A stretch of 64,000 nt of DNA from Candidatus Omnitrophota bacterium (GTDB lineage Bacteria; Omnitrophota; Gorgyraeia; Zapsychrales; Fredricksoniimonadaceae). Every line of letters starts with the position of its first letter. The stretch's first letter is position 1. Shown piece after piece: positions 28,089-37,614 of this stretch. Under the pieces are notes generated by a model that was not told the origin of the DNA, did no database searches, and was given only the letters and a program-made list of their open reading frames with translations. The stretch spans positions 25,852-89,851 of the forward strand of contig CAJARJ010000016.1 of the NCBI GenBank assembly GCA_903944345.1. Reading direction: 5' to 3'. Position numbers and translations under genes: made by a program.

Positions 28089-28459
28089 GAACGATGTTTT
28101 CTTCACCCGGGGGCTTTTCCGGTCTTTTAATTCTTTGTTTTTGTTTTATTTCGGGCGGGTGCGCTTCCCGCCCAGCCCGACTTTCTCCGGAGGGGGGCTC
28201 TGCAGAAACCGCTGCCCAGCAGATTGATGCTGTGCAGAAAGTAGTCAGTGGAATGACCGGAAGACAGGTCTCTTCCGAGGATATGCGGCGAGTGGCCCGT
28301 GAAGTTGAGAAAGATCCCGAATCCCGCGCGGTTATGCAAAAGATTTTGTCTTCGGGAAGTGTCCCGCGCGAGAAGTATTCTCCGGCCACCGGGAAGCATT
28401 ATAGTGCTGAATTGGAATTTGACCCGGAGACCGGAGTCAGGCTCGAGTTTGTCGATTAA
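28085..28459 (+). CDS. putative lipoprotein
   Basis: Lipobox-like ISGGC; overlaps the lepB stop (GTGA). Confidence 0.7.
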   Translation: MRTMFSSPGGFSGLLILCFCFISGGCASRPARLSPEGGSAETAAQQIDAVQKVVSGMTGRQVSSEDMRRVAREVEKDPESRAVMQKILSSGSVPREKYSPATGKHYSAELEFDPETGVRLEFVD

Positions 28460-28485
28460 CAGGCTCCCGAAGAGGAGATTCTAGT

Positions 28486-29043
28486 TTGACGCTGGCCAAC
28501 AAGATTACGATCGGTCGCATCTTTCTAGTACCCGTTTTTATTGCGGTGATGATGTATTATTCTCCGCAGCGGGAATATATGCGCTGGATTGCTTTGAGTC
28601 TTTATCTGCTGGCTCAGGCCGCAGATGTTGTGGACGGCATTGTGGCCAGATATTTTCATGAGAAGACTAGGGCTGGGGCCATTCTGGATCCTTTGGCCGA
28701 TAAATTTCTCTTTATCAGTGCGTTGCTGTGTCTTTACAGGGTGGGAGTTGATCATGACTGGACTCTCAGAATGCCTCTCTGGTTGGTTGTTGCCTTTCTC
28801 AGTCGGGATGTAATTCTTATTCTGGGTGGCGTTTTGCTTGGACTCAAGTCAGGCCTTCCTGAAATCCGGCCCAATGCTTGGGGAAAGTGCACCGCTTTTT
28901 TGCAAATGATTTGTATCCTGGCAATTTTTTTTCAGTGCCAGCCTGCGTTTTTTGTCTGGTGGATTGCGTTATTGGCAACAATTATTTCTGGGACTGTTTA
29001 TATAAAAGAAGGGATCAGGGTGTTGAACGATGGGCGTTATTGA
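28486..29043 (+). CDS. pgsA: CDP-alcohol phosphatidyltransferase (PgsA family)
   Basis: ANKIT..R, D..DG..AR, G..LDPLADK. Confidence 0.88.
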   Translation: MTLANKITIGRIFLVPVFIAVMMYYSPQREYMRWIALSLYLLAQAADVVDGIVARYFHEKTRAGAILDPLADKFLFISALLCLYRVGVDHDWTLRMPLWLVVAFLSRDVILILGGVLLGLKSGLPEIRPNAWGKCTAFLQMICILAIFFQCQPAFFVWWIALLATIISGTVYIKEGIRVLNDGRY

Positions 29044-29668
29044 TCTGTTGTTGACAGTGGTTGCCAGTTACTTGATCGGGTCGATTCCGACGGCTTATCT
29101 TTTTGGCAAGTGGCTTAAAGGTATCGATATCCGGGAGCATGGTTCCGGCAATGTTGGAGCAACTAATGCTTTTCGGGTTCTGGGCAAAGGCCCGGGCACT
29201 ATTGTTTTAATTATTGATATTGTTAAAGGAGTTGTGCCTGTTCTTCTTGCGGGAGTATTTCATGCGCAGGTGCCAGGCCGGATCCTTGCCGCTATAATGG
29301 CTGTTTGCGGACATAATTGGACATGTTTTCTGAATTTCAGGGGGGGCAAGGGGATTGCCACTACTCTAGGGGCTTTGATTGGCCTGACTGTTGTTCTTCC
29401 GGGCATTCGTTTAGCCGTTCTGTTTTGCGTTCTCGGGTGGGTCTTGTGTTTTCTGGTTACGGCATATGTTTCTGTATCTTCTATTTTTGCAGCCATTTTA
29501 CTTCCTGTTCTAATGATCATTTTTGCGGCGGATATCAGTATTGTTATCTTGAGTATTGTGTTGTGTCTGTTTGTTGTTTTTCGTCATCGTCCCAATATTC
29601 AGCGTCTTTTCAAGGGGCAGGAACACAAGGTTCCGTTGCCTTTCCATCCGCGTCCCCGCAGGGGATAA
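29030..29668 (+). CDS. plsY: glycerol-3-phosphate acyltransferase
   Basis: YLIGSIP, GSGNVGATN..R, FRGGKGIAT, RHRPNIQRL. Confidence 0.96.
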   Translation: MGVIDLLLTVVASYLIGSIPTAYLFGKWLKGIDIREHGSGNVGATNAFRVLGKGPGTIVLIIDIVKGVVPVLLAGVFHAQVPGRILAAIMAVCGHNWTCFLNFRGGKGIATTLGALIGLTVVLPGIRLAVLFCVLGWVLCFLVTAYVSVSSIFAAILLPVLMIIFAADISIVILSIVLCLFVVFRHRPNIQRLFKGQEHKVPLPFHPRPRRG

Positions 29669-29714
29669 TTCTGCAAATTTTCTGATTGCGCCTGCATTCC
29701 CGTCTCCGGGAAAG

Positions 29715-29738
29715 AGGGTTTTTTTTAAAGAAACCCTC
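29715..29738. other. hairpin between plsY and the next gene
   Basis: GAGGGTTT / AAACCCTC inverted repeat. Confidence 0.4.
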
Positions 29739-29748
29739 CGGCCGTACC

Positions 29749-29777
29749 TTGTTTCTTGGATATTCAGATGCTATCCT
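29749..29777 (+). promoter_or_regulatory. candidate sigma70 promoter
   Basis: TTGTTT, 17-bp spacer, TG-extended TATCCT. Confidence 0.4.
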
Positions 29778-29806
29778 TCAATTGTTTGAGGATCCAAGGG
29801 GGCGCA

Positions 29807-30154
29807 ATGAAACATGTCACGTATAGTAAAAGAGATATAGCTGGTAAAGGCCGGGTCGTTTCGATTCGTGAATCGCAAGAGGACAAGGAATCGGTCACGC
29901 GGGTCGTAAAGAATTTTGTTTATTTTATCAATCGTGCTGATTGCTTTCCCGAGCAAGAGGCGGCTCCGCAAATTCGCTTGACTAAAAAGATCGCAACAGA
30001 CGAGCATTCGGAAGTTTTTATCTTCAAAGTGAAAGGAATCATGCATGTTAAGGAAAGGAGGCTCGTGTTTGCAGTGCAGTACTGTCACAGTCTGGTGGTA
30101 AAACTTTTCTGGAAATCTCCGGCGGTTGCTTCGAAGCCGGCGGCACTGGCATAA
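29807..30154 (+). CDS. hypothetical small basic protein
   Basis: AAGGGGG RBS before ATG 29807; flanked by a candidate promoter and a terminator. Confidence 0.6.
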   Translation: MKHVTYSKRDIAGKGRVVSIRESQEDKESVTRVVKNFVYFINRADCFPEQEAAPQIRLTKKIATDEHSEVFIFKVKGIMHVKERRLVFAVQYCHSLVVKLFWKSPAVASKPAALA

Positions 30155-30177
30155 GCGCCAAGAGCACCAGTGTCATG

Positions 30178-30221
30178 GCAGATGGCCGATCTGACAAGAA
30201 GTTGCGGCCATCTGTTTTTTT
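30178..30221 (+). terminator. intrinsic terminator
   Basis: GCAGATGGCCG / CGGCCATCTGT stem plus T run. Confidence 0.7.
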
Positions 30222-30445
30222 ATCTTCATTAATTCCTGATGCGCTTTTTTTCAATTTCCTGCTGTTCTTTTTGAAATCTTTTTGCTAAACTAAGAATATA
30301 TATTTTAAAAAGCCCGATTGTGCTCAAGGCGTTAAATAATAACGCGATTGATCGCATAAAAATGCGAACGTGCTCAGCAATTGCGACGGGATTTTATCTC
30401 CCGGAAGTATTTTCAGATATATTTTTAGACCGCAAGACTTCCGAC

Positions 30446-31180
30446 ATGTTACATAAAATTTTGTTTACAGGTGTGCTCTTATGTTTGGCAGGATGTGCCG
30501 CTAGCGTAAAGACCGTTTCGTCCTTGCCAATGCAGCCCCAGCCCTCTGTGGTTCTGCTGGGTGTTACGGCCCAAGAGCAAGGACAAGTTGCGAATCTTCT
30601 TCCGTCAATAGAGCCGCCCGCGGATCAGAAAGAAGCAGACATTGTTTCTGGAATTATTTTTGGCAAGACGGAGTTTAAAGGGCTGTTAAAAACGTCTTAT
30701 GTTCGTTTGCTGATTGTAAATCGCGAGGATCCGGCGAAACAGTATGTTTTCGCTGTTGGAGACAGAATCTCTTCCGGTTTGCTGCCTTGGGTTCAGGACA
30801 GCAAGGTTATAGAGCCGGGTCATTTTGTTCTGGAACTTCCGCCAGGGAACTATAAGATGACCCAGGTGGCCATTCCCGCAGGTTCAACCCTGGCTGAGGA
30901 AGGTATGGAGCTTGATTTTTCTGTACAGACAAAAGGTGCGGTTTATCTGGGCACTCTTATGATTGACGGAACAAAAGAGAAGGTCAAGTTCGGAGGAATA
31001 CCGCTTATCCGTCCCGGGTTTGAGTATGTTCTCGAAGTCAGGGATGAATTTGATGAGGCGGTCAAATTTATCGGGCAGTTTATACCGGAGGATTATTTCA
31101 TAAAAAAAGATCTTTTTACTGTTGTATCTCTTGAGATGGATGGCATTCCGACGGCAGGTTCATTAAAGACGCAAGACTGA
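30446..31180 (+). CDS. putative lipoprotein
   Basis: MLHKILF..LLCLAGC lipobox; PGNYK and GAVYLG beta-sandwich-like motifs. Confidence 0.75.
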   Translation: MLHKILFTGVLLCLAGCAASVKTVSSLPMQPQPSVVLLGVTAQEQGQVANLLPSIEPPADQKEADIVSGIIFGKTEFKGLLKTSYVRLLIVNREDPAKQYVFAVGDRISSGLLPWVQDSKVIEPGHFVLELPPGNYKMTQVAIPAGSTLAEEGMELDFSVQTKGAVYLGTLMIDGTKEKVKFGGIPLIRPGFEYVLEVRDEFDEAVKFIGQFIPEDYFIKKDLFTVVSLEMDGIPTAGSLKTQD

Positions 31181-31256
31181 TGGGTAGCCCTGAAAGAATC
31201 GGGGTCGATAGAGAAATAAAATTCAAATGAGCGTGATTTTAATAAAGGAGGACAAT

Positions 31257-31736
31257 GTGGGTGTTCGTTTATTCGGGCTTGTATTTGTTGTGGTAACTTT
31301 GGCGGGCTGTGCGTCGGTAAGGCCGCAGGCTCAACCATTGAGTCAGATTCAGAATCAGGTTAGCGATATTCAGCAGCGTGTTGATGAGCAGGAAAAAGAG
31401 ATTGTTGATCTTAAATATGAGGTTAAAGAGCTTTCCAGTAAATCTGATATGGCAAGGACTGTAACCTTGGAAGAAAGTGAACTTGATCCGGTCAAGAAAA
31501 CTTCTATATCAAAATCAGCTTCTGGTGCAGACAAAGTGATCAAGGTTGCGGCTTCTGCAGCGGATGTCCAGAAAGCATTGAAAGGGGCCGGGCTGTATGA
31601 TGGCAATATAGACGGAAAAATCGGCAGCAAAACTAGGTCGGCTATCATGGAATTTCAGAAGCAGCATAATCTCAAGGCTGACGGGGTTATTGGCCAGAAA
31701 ACCTGGAATGAACTCAAGCAGTATATCGCGGAGTAA
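31257..31736 (+). CDS. peptidoglycan-binding lipoprotein (coiled coil + PG_binding_1)
   Basis: AAGGAGG RBS, LAGC lipobox, VQKALK..G.Y.G.IDG.IG..T..AI..FQ...L.ADG.IG..TW. Confidence 0.9.
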   Translation: MGVRLFGLVFVVVTLAGCASVRPQAQPLSQIQNQVSDIQQRVDEQEKEIVDLKYEVKELSSKSDMARTVTLEESELDPVKKTSISKSASGADKVIKVAASAADVQKALKGAGLYDGNIDGKIGSKTRSAIMEFQKQHNLKADGVIGQKTWNELKQYIAE

Positions 31737-31757
31737 TACAGATTATAGTTCTATCTG

Positions 31758-31788
31758 ACAACAGCCACGGCAGGTCCGTGGCTGTTGT
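31758..31788 (+). terminator. stem-loop after the PG-binding gene
   Basis: ACAACAGCCACGG / CCGTGGCTGTTGT perfect 13-bp stem with a weak U tract. Confidence 0.55.
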
Positions 31789-31806
31789 GTCTATAAGGAA
31801 GAGTTG

Positions 31807-32742
31807 ATGTCCAAAGTTCTCGCGGTGGCCCTGCATCCTTCATTTGACAGTGAACTTGTGGTCAGGCATTTTAATCTCGAGAGTGAAATGCGGGTGGAGA
31901 CGGTTCGTGTTTCCCCTGGAGGCAAGGCTGTTAATTGCGCGCGGGCATTGAAAGCGCTAGGAGTAAAAGTTGAGCTTTGCGGGATATGGGGACGTCAGGA
32001 CGGGGCGCGTGCGCAAGCTTTGCTGGTTGAAGAAGGGCTTACGGTGCATTCTTTCTTTGTCCCGGGAGAAACGCGAACCTGCTGGAGTGTGCGGGATATT
32101 GCTCTTAACAAACATTTCAGACTGATCGGTCGTGGGCCCCAAACAAGTTTGTCGGTGCTGGGGAGGCTGTTGAATTATATCTCTCGAAGTGCGAAGACGG
32201 CAAATGTCATGATCTTTTCGGGCAGTCTTCCGCCCGGAGTTCCGGACGACTACTATGCTGGGCTTGTTTCGCGTGCCAGAGACAAGAATGTTTTAAGCGT
32301 TCTTGATACCAGCGGGCAGGCATTAGCCGAGGGATTAAAAGCCCGGCCATTTTTGGTCAAGCCTAACCGACAGGAAGCGGAAGCTTTGTTGGGCTACCGG
32401 TTGTCCTCAGCACGCAGAATCCGCAGGGCTTTGACGGATATATCGGGGTATGGAGCAAGTGTTGTTTTACTTTCCCTGGGGGAAGATGGCATTGTGGTTT
32501 TTGATGGAGTCAGGGCGTTTACAGCCCGTAGTCCGCGTTTGCGGGGCGTTCGTAGCGCGGGATGCGGGGATGCTGCTTTGGCGGGATTTTTGGCGGGATT
32601 TCTGGCCGGAGAGGCTTTGCCGGATTGTCTTGGACTGGCTTGTGCGTGTGGCGCCGCGAATACTGCTGTTCCGGTAGCCGGGGCTATTTCTTGTGAAGCG
32701 GTAAATCGTTGTCGTCACCGGGTCAAAGTCGAGCGCTTTTGA
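31807..32742 (+). CDS. 1-phosphofructokinase family (PfkB) hexose kinase
   Basis: PGGKAVN.AR, SGSLPPG, LDTSG, VKPN..E, GCGDA..AG. Confidence 0.9.
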   Translation: MSKVLAVALHPSFDSELVVRHFNLESEMRVETVRVSPGGKAVNCARALKALGVKVELCGIWGRQDGARAQALLVEEGLTVHSFFVPGETRTCWSVRDIALNKHFRLIGRGPQTSLSVLGRLLNYISRSAKTANVMIFSGSLPPGVPDDYYAGLVSRARDKNVLSVLDTSGQALAEGLKARPFLVKPNRQEAEALLGYRLSSARRIRRALTDISGYGASVVLLSLGEDGIVVFDGVRAFTARSPRLRGVRSAGCGDAALAGFLAGFLAGEALPDCLGLACACGAANTAVPVAGAISCEAVNRCRHRVKVERF

Positions 32743-32762
32743 ATGGATGAACAGGAGGTCGT

Positions 32763-33416
32763 ATGTCAGTTCTTGATCATGAAGAACGGTTAAGTAAGCT
32801 TAAGCAGTTAAATAATCCTACGAGTCAGGAACTACGCAAGGCCGCCGAGGCTGCCGCGAGGGATTTCAAGACAGCTTGGCTTAGCCTGGCCCAGACGCTC
32901 TACGCTATCTGGCGTGACAAGCTGTATGAATATTGGGGCTATGAGAAATTTGAACATTATGTTGAACGTGAAGTGGGTATCAAGAAATCCATGGCGCTCA
33001 AGCTGATTAAAACATACGCTTTTATCGAGGATCAGGAACCGCAGTTTCTTAAAGAGGAATATTTGCAGGCCAAAGAGCCTGCAGTCTTGCCCGAGGTGGA
33101 TGCTTTGCATGTTTTGCGATTGGCGCGAGGCAAGAAAGAGCTTACTAAACAGGATTATCAGGATTTGCGCAGGCAGGTGGTTGATCAGGGTTGTGCCGCC
33201 GGTGTGGTTAGAAAAGATTTGACGTCTTTGATGAAGGAAAGAAAGCAGATTGACCCCCAGGAAGAACGGGAACAGCGTCATGCTGCAGCGGTGCGTCGTT
33301 TTCTTAATGCGATCCGTTCTTTCAAGAAAGATGCCGAGGCGCTTAAGCTGGTGAAAGTTGATCTGGTGCGTAAAGCGGAAGAGCTTTTCAAGGAACTGGA
33401 AGCGGAGATTGATTAG
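32763..33416 (+). CDS. hypothetical helical protein, probably DNA-binding
   Basis: AGGAGG RBS; LY..WGY..F..Y...E.GI....A.KL helical motif. Confidence 0.8.
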   Translation: MSVLDHEERLSKLKQLNNPTSQELRKAAEAAARDFKTAWLSLAQTLYAIWRDKLYEYWGYEKFEHYVEREVGIKKSMALKLIKTYAFIEDQEPQFLKEEYLQAKEPAVLPEVDALHVLRLARGKKELTKQDYQDLRRQVVDQGCAAGVVRKDLTSLMKERKQIDPQEEREQRHAAAVRRFLNAIRSFKKDAEALKLVKVDLVRKAEELFKELEAEID

Positions 33417-33427
33417 AAAGGCAGTTT

Positions 33428-34225
33428 ATGCATTTGCAAAGAGCGTTGGTTGTTCTGGATCTGGAAACAACCGGGACATGGGTTGAGAAAGACCGGATTA
33501 TTGAGATCGCCATGATTCGTTTGTCCCCGGGAGGCGGTAAGGAGTTTTTTCACAAACGGGTGAATCCCCAGATCCCGATTCCAGGGGTCGTTTCCCGCCT
33601 GACCGGGATAACGGATGAAGATGTCAGAAATGCTCCGGTTTTTAAAGATATTGTTAAAGAGGCTGTTGAGTTTCTTCAGGATGCGGATATTGGTGGGTTC
33701 AATGTCGAAAAGTTTGATATGCCCCTTTTTGAGCGGGAGTGTCTGGATGCCGGAGTTCCGTTCTCTTTTATGGGGCGGTCAGTTTTTGACGCGCAAAAGA
33801 TTTTCCATGTTAACGAAAAGCGTGATTTGTCCGCAGCTTATTCGTTCTATTGCGGCAAGCCCTTGGTCGGGGCTCATGCCGCTATGGCAGACACCGAGGC
33901 GACGCTGGAGGTTTTACAGGCTCAGATTGACCGTTATTGCTCCGAAGAAGGTACAGTTGTTTCGCTTGGGAAGTTTAATTATCGTGAACAGACGGAGTTT
34001 TTTGATGCGGAAAGAAAATTTCGTTGGTGGAATGGCGAACTTTACATGATGTTTGGAAAGTATGCAAGGAAAGAGAGTTTACGGGATATTGTCAGAAAAG
34101 ATTCTGGTTATCTGGAATGGATGTTGACAAAAGATTTCGGGGAAGAGGTTAAGGAGCTGGTGGCCGGAGCGTTGCGAGGACATTTTCCGAAACCTCCGGA
34201 AGATGCCGGGATTGTTCAGCCCTAA
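33428..34225 (+). CDS. DEDDh 3'-5' exonuclease (DnaQ-like)
   Basis: DLETTG, FN..KFD, AHAAMAD, C-terminal FGKY...YLEW domain. Confidence 0.92.
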   Translation: MHLQRALVVLDLETTGTWVEKDRIIEIAMIRLSPGGGKEFFHKRVNPQIPIPGVVSRLTGITDEDVRNAPVFKDIVKEAVEFLQDADIGGFNVEKFDMPLFERECLDAGVPFSFMGRSVFDAQKIFHVNEKRDLSAAYSFYCGKPLVGAHAAMADTEATLEVLQAQIDRYCSEEGTVVSLGKFNYREQTEFFDAERKFRWWNGELYMMFGKYARKESLRDIVRKDSGYLEWMLTKDFGEEVKELVAGALRGHFPKPPEDAGIVQP

Positions 34226-34339
34226 ATCCGGCAAAGAGGGACGGCTGTGAATTGGCTGTTTTTCTATTGCGGGTGGAGTCCGAAAGCGTTAAGATCAACA
34301 GAGTGGTTATGGCGGATTGTTAACAGAGGGGTACTGGCT

Positions 34340-34789
34340 ATGTCTAAAAGTAAGGATTTTTGGTTTGTCGGAATTCTTGTTGGCATCGCGGTTGTTCTTG
34401 CGTTCTTTGCTTTTTCCAGGCAACCCGAGCGCGTTCTTTCCGGGCCTGCAGGTGAGCAGGCTTTGGTCAAGCCTGGGCAGGCCCCCGAACAGACGGCCAC
34501 CCAGGACACCAAGACTTTTCCTACTATGCTGACGCCTTTACATGAAGTGGAGTCCAGGAAAACTTTTTCGATACAGGTGTATTCTTTCAAGGAAAAAGAG
34601 CGTGCCGAGACTGCTTTGAAAGCGCTGAAGGATAAGAATTATCCCGCTTTTATCATGGTCAGCGATATTGGTGACCGCGGTATTTGGTATCGGGTTCGTG
34701 TTGGCAGTTTCACTGATGAGAATGAAGCCAAAAGAATTCTGGATTTATTGGTTCAGGATTTCAAAAACGGGATTATTGTTTCTGAATAG
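34340..34789 (+). CDS. SPOR domain protein
   Basis: N-terminal TM anchor; SIQVYSF...A, WYRVRVGSF. Confidence 0.88.
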   Translation: MSKSKDFWFVGILVGIAVVLAFFAFSRQPERVLSGPAGEQALVKPGQAPEQTATQDTKTFPTMLTPLHEVESRKTFSIQVYSFKEKERAETALKALKDKNYPAFIMVSDIGDRGIWYRVRVGSFTDENEAKRILDLLVQDFKNGIIVSE

Positions 34790-34828
34790 TTAAGCAAAAC
34801 ATTCACGATTGCTTTGCGGAGCAGGATT

Positions 34829-35425
34829 ATGAAAAGAAATTTAGCAGGTCTTTGTTTGTGTGTGATTGCAAGTCTGGCGGGATGTGCTACGCAGGTTGTC
34901 CGTAAGGATCCCGCGGAGATTATTGATCTTTCCGGAAGGTGGAATGATTCGGATGCACAGATGACCGCCGAGGAAATGATTCGTGAATGTTTGCAGGCCG
35001 CCTGGCTCGGCAAATTTAATAAAGCAGAAGGCCGCGATCCTGTGGTGATTACGGGAACAATTGTTAATCGCAGCCATGAACACATTGATGCCGGTATTTT
35101 TGTAGAAGATATTTCCAGGGTTTTGATCAATTCGGGGAAGGTTCGTTTTGTCGCTTCTGATCTGGATCGCCAGGAAGTGCGTCAGGAACGTCTTGATCAG
35201 CAAGAGAATTCTGCGGAAGCCACGCGAGCTCTGTTGCGACAGGAGACCGGAGCGGATTTCATGTTGAAGGGGGATATTTCCTCGATTAAAGATGAGGTCA
35301 AAGGCCGTTATGCTATTCTTTATCAGGTTGATCTGGTGCTGATTGACCTGACGACCAACGAAAAGGTCTGGATTGGTCAGAAAAAGATCAAGAAATTGGT
35401 CAAGAATCCGAAATATTCTTTCTGA
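34829..35425 (+). CDS. LpoB-family lipoprotein
   Basis: LAGC lipobox, DLSGRWND.D, NRSHEHID, GADFML.G, VWIG.K.IKK. Confidence 0.85.
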   Translation: MKRNLAGLCLCVIASLAGCATQVVRKDPAEIIDLSGRWNDSDAQMTAEEMIRECLQAAWLGKFNKAEGRDPVVITGTIVNRSHEHIDAGIFVEDISRVLINSGKVRFVASDLDRQEVRQERLDQQENSAEATRALLRQETGADFMLKGDISSIKDEVKGRYAILYQVDLVLIDLTTNEKVWIGQKKIKKLVKNPKYSF

Positions 35426-35442
35426 AATCCATCCAGTATGCC

Positions 35443-36801
35443 ATGCTTCTTTTGTTCCGTGATTTACGGATATCCTCTTTATTTTTGTTGACCGGAGCCC
35501 TTTGTTTTTCCTCTTGTGCTTCAGTTCCCCGGCTACAGTCACAGGTCATGGCTCTTTCGTCAGTCGGAAAATTTGACGAGGCGGCAGACCGCCTTCGCTC
35601 CTCAGGTGCGAGTTACGGGTCTGGCAATGATTTGCTTTTCTGGCTTGACCGGGGGTTGACAGAACAGTCCGCAGGACGCTATCAGGATAGCATTGAAAGT
35701 TTTGAAAAAGCCAAAGGCCTGTTTCGGGAACTTTATACCACATCATTGACTCAGGAGGGAGCCAGCTGGCTTTTTAATGACCGTGCGCAGGCTTATCGGG
35801 GGGCAGATTATGAATATGTCTTGCTTAATGTTTTTCAGGCTATCAATTTTGTCATGATGGGGAACGTCGTGGAGGCTTTAGTTGAGGCCCGGGATCTGGA
35901 TGCCAGGGTTCAGGTCTTTGACAGTGAAGCCTATCGCAAGCAGAGGGGGGATCATTTTGAAGATAATGGGTTTGCCAGGTTGTGGTTCGGGCTTTTGTAT
36001 GAGGCTTTGGGAGGGACAGCAGCGTTAAATGATGCCTGGATTTCCTACCGGCAGTCTTTGCTTGTTTATGATAATTATTATGAGAAAAAATATGTGCCCT
36101 TGCTCTTGCAGGAGGAGCTTATTTCTTCGGCAATGTATTTTCAGGATGACGAGCTTGCTGTTTTGCAGACCAGATTTCCGACTGCCAGGCCGATGGCTTT
36201 GGCGCAGAAACAGCAAAAAGCCAGGATTTACGTGATCTGTTTTCTTGGGCAGGCTCCGGCGAAAGTTTCAGACAGTATTTTGATCCCCGTTGGAGACGGG
36301 ATGGTGACCAGCTTTTCTTTGCCAAGACTTGTTCGTCGTCCCAGTGAAGTGGTCGGAGCCAGGATTCAGGTGGTTGGCGATGGCCCGCAACAGACAGTCG
36401 AAACAGAGCTTGGAGTTGATATTGCTGATTTGGCTGAACGGGCAATTATATCTGGTCGAGCATGGCTTGTTGCCAAAGCGGCCCTCCGTCCGGCATTGAA
36501 ACAGCTTGTTTTACGTCAGCAAAAAAAGAATCTTGAGAAGCGTTTCGGGGGGGAGGCTGGCTTTGTGTTTGGCTTGCTGGCCAGTGCGTATAATCTTTAC
36601 TCCGAGCAGGCTGACTTGCGTTCCTGGGAAATCTTGCCGGAGCAAATCAGGGTGGCCAGAATTTTTGTCGATCCCGGGCAATATCGAATGTTCCTTGAGG
36701 GAGTTGATGTTCGTGGAGACGGGGTTAAGAACACGGAACTGGGTAGTTACGAGTTGAAGGCGGGTGAAACAATTTATATTCTCAGAAGAATATTGCCTTA
36801 A
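35443..36801 (+). CDS. COG3014-type TPR-like lipoprotein
   Basis: FSSC lipobox, ND...Y.G..YE, ALVEAR, EQADLRSW..LP. Confidence 0.82.
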   Translation: MLLLFRDLRISSLFLLTGALCFSSCASVPRLQSQVMALSSVGKFDEAADRLRSSGASYGSGNDLLFWLDRGLTEQSAGRYQDSIESFEKAKGLFRELYTTSLTQEGASWLFNDRAQAYRGADYEYVLLNVFQAINFVMMGNVVEALVEARDLDARVQVFDSEAYRKQRGDHFEDNGFARLWFGLLYEALGGTAALNDAWISYRQSLLVYDNYYEKKYVPLLLQEELISSAMYFQDDELAVLQTRFPTARPMALAQKQQKARIYVICFLGQAPAKVSDSILIPVGDGMVTSFSLPRLVRRPSEVVGARIQVVGDGPQQTVETELGVDIADLAERAIISGRAWLVAKAALRPALKQLVLRQQKKNLEKRFGGEAGFVFGLLASAYNLYSEQADLRSWEILPEQIRVARIFVDPGQYRMFLEGVDVRGDGVKNTELGSYELKAGETIYILRRILP

Positions 36802-36897
36802 CATCGTAGACAGGTTGGTGAGGTTGCAAGATAGCGGAAAGAGGGAAAACCCTTTACGAATCTGGTCAGGATGTTTTATAATAAGATAATAATCTGT

Positions 36898-36921
36898 CCG
36901 GGATCGTTTATCCCGGTTTTT
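36898..36921 (+). terminator. terminator-like hairpin in the spacer after the COG3014-type gene
   Basis: CCGGGAT / ATCCCGG stem plus T run, just downstream of TATAAT (36877-36882). Confidence 0.45.
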
Positions 36922-36992
36922 ATTTGACGTGGATGCAGTATCGTTTTGGGAACCTTATTGCATAATCAGGGTTTATTGACAAGGAGCAGAGC

Positions 36993-37214
36993 ATGCGCAG
37001 AATAATGGCGGTCACTTTCTTTTCTATTCTTCTTGCAGGGTGTACCGGGACTCAGAAGGGTGCCGGAATTGGTGCTATCGCGGGGGCAGGATTGGGAGCT
37101 ATTATTGGTCATCAGAGTGGCCACACGACGGAAGGAGCTCTGATTGGAGGAGCTCTGGGGGCTGCCGGAGGAGCGCTTGCGGGTGATGCCATGGAAGAAT
37201 CCGCAGACAAGTAA
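36993..37214 (+). CDS. glycine-zipper lipoprotein
   Basis: AAGGAG RBS, LAGC lipobox, GAGIGAIAGAGLGAIIG and GALIGGALGAAGG. Confidence 0.9.
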   Translation: MRRIMAVTFFSILLAGCTGTQKGAGIGAIAGAGLGAIIGHQSGHTTEGALIGGALGAAGGALAGDAMEESADK

Positions 37215-37225
37215 AGCAGGAGCCG

Positions 37226-37606
37226 ATGAAAATTATAATTGTTGATGATTCCTTGCTTGATCGCAAGTTGTTGTCTCGTACGCTGGTCAACAGCGGAGTC
37301 AAAAATGAAATTCTGCAGGCCGAGAACGGCGAGGCAGGAATGAAGTTGATCGCCGAGAATCTGGGGCATATTGCAGTTTTATTGCTGGATTATCAGATGC
37401 CCGAGATGTCCGGAGTCGAACTTATGGAAGCCTTGGTCAAAGTTCCGCAAACGGCCAGTATTCCGATGGTTATGGTTACAGCATCGACTTCAGATGATAG
37501 CCGGGCAGCCGCCTATAAGGTCAATCCCAATCTGGCGGGTTACGTGTACAAGCCGTATAAACCGGACCAATTGCTGGAACCGATTCGTTCCTATCTGCAA
37601 TTCTGA
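37226..37606 (+). CDS. single-domain response regulator (CheY-like)
   Basis: IVDDS, LLDYQMPEMSG, MVTA, YKP. Confidence 0.92.
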   Translation: MKIIIVDDSLLDRKLLSRTLVNSGVKNEILQAENGEAGMKLIAENLGHIAVLLLDYQMPEMSGVELMEALVKVPQTASIPMVMVTASTSDDSRAAAYKVNPNLAGYVYKPYKPDQLLEPIRSYLQF

Positions 37607-37614
37607 AAGGTTTT

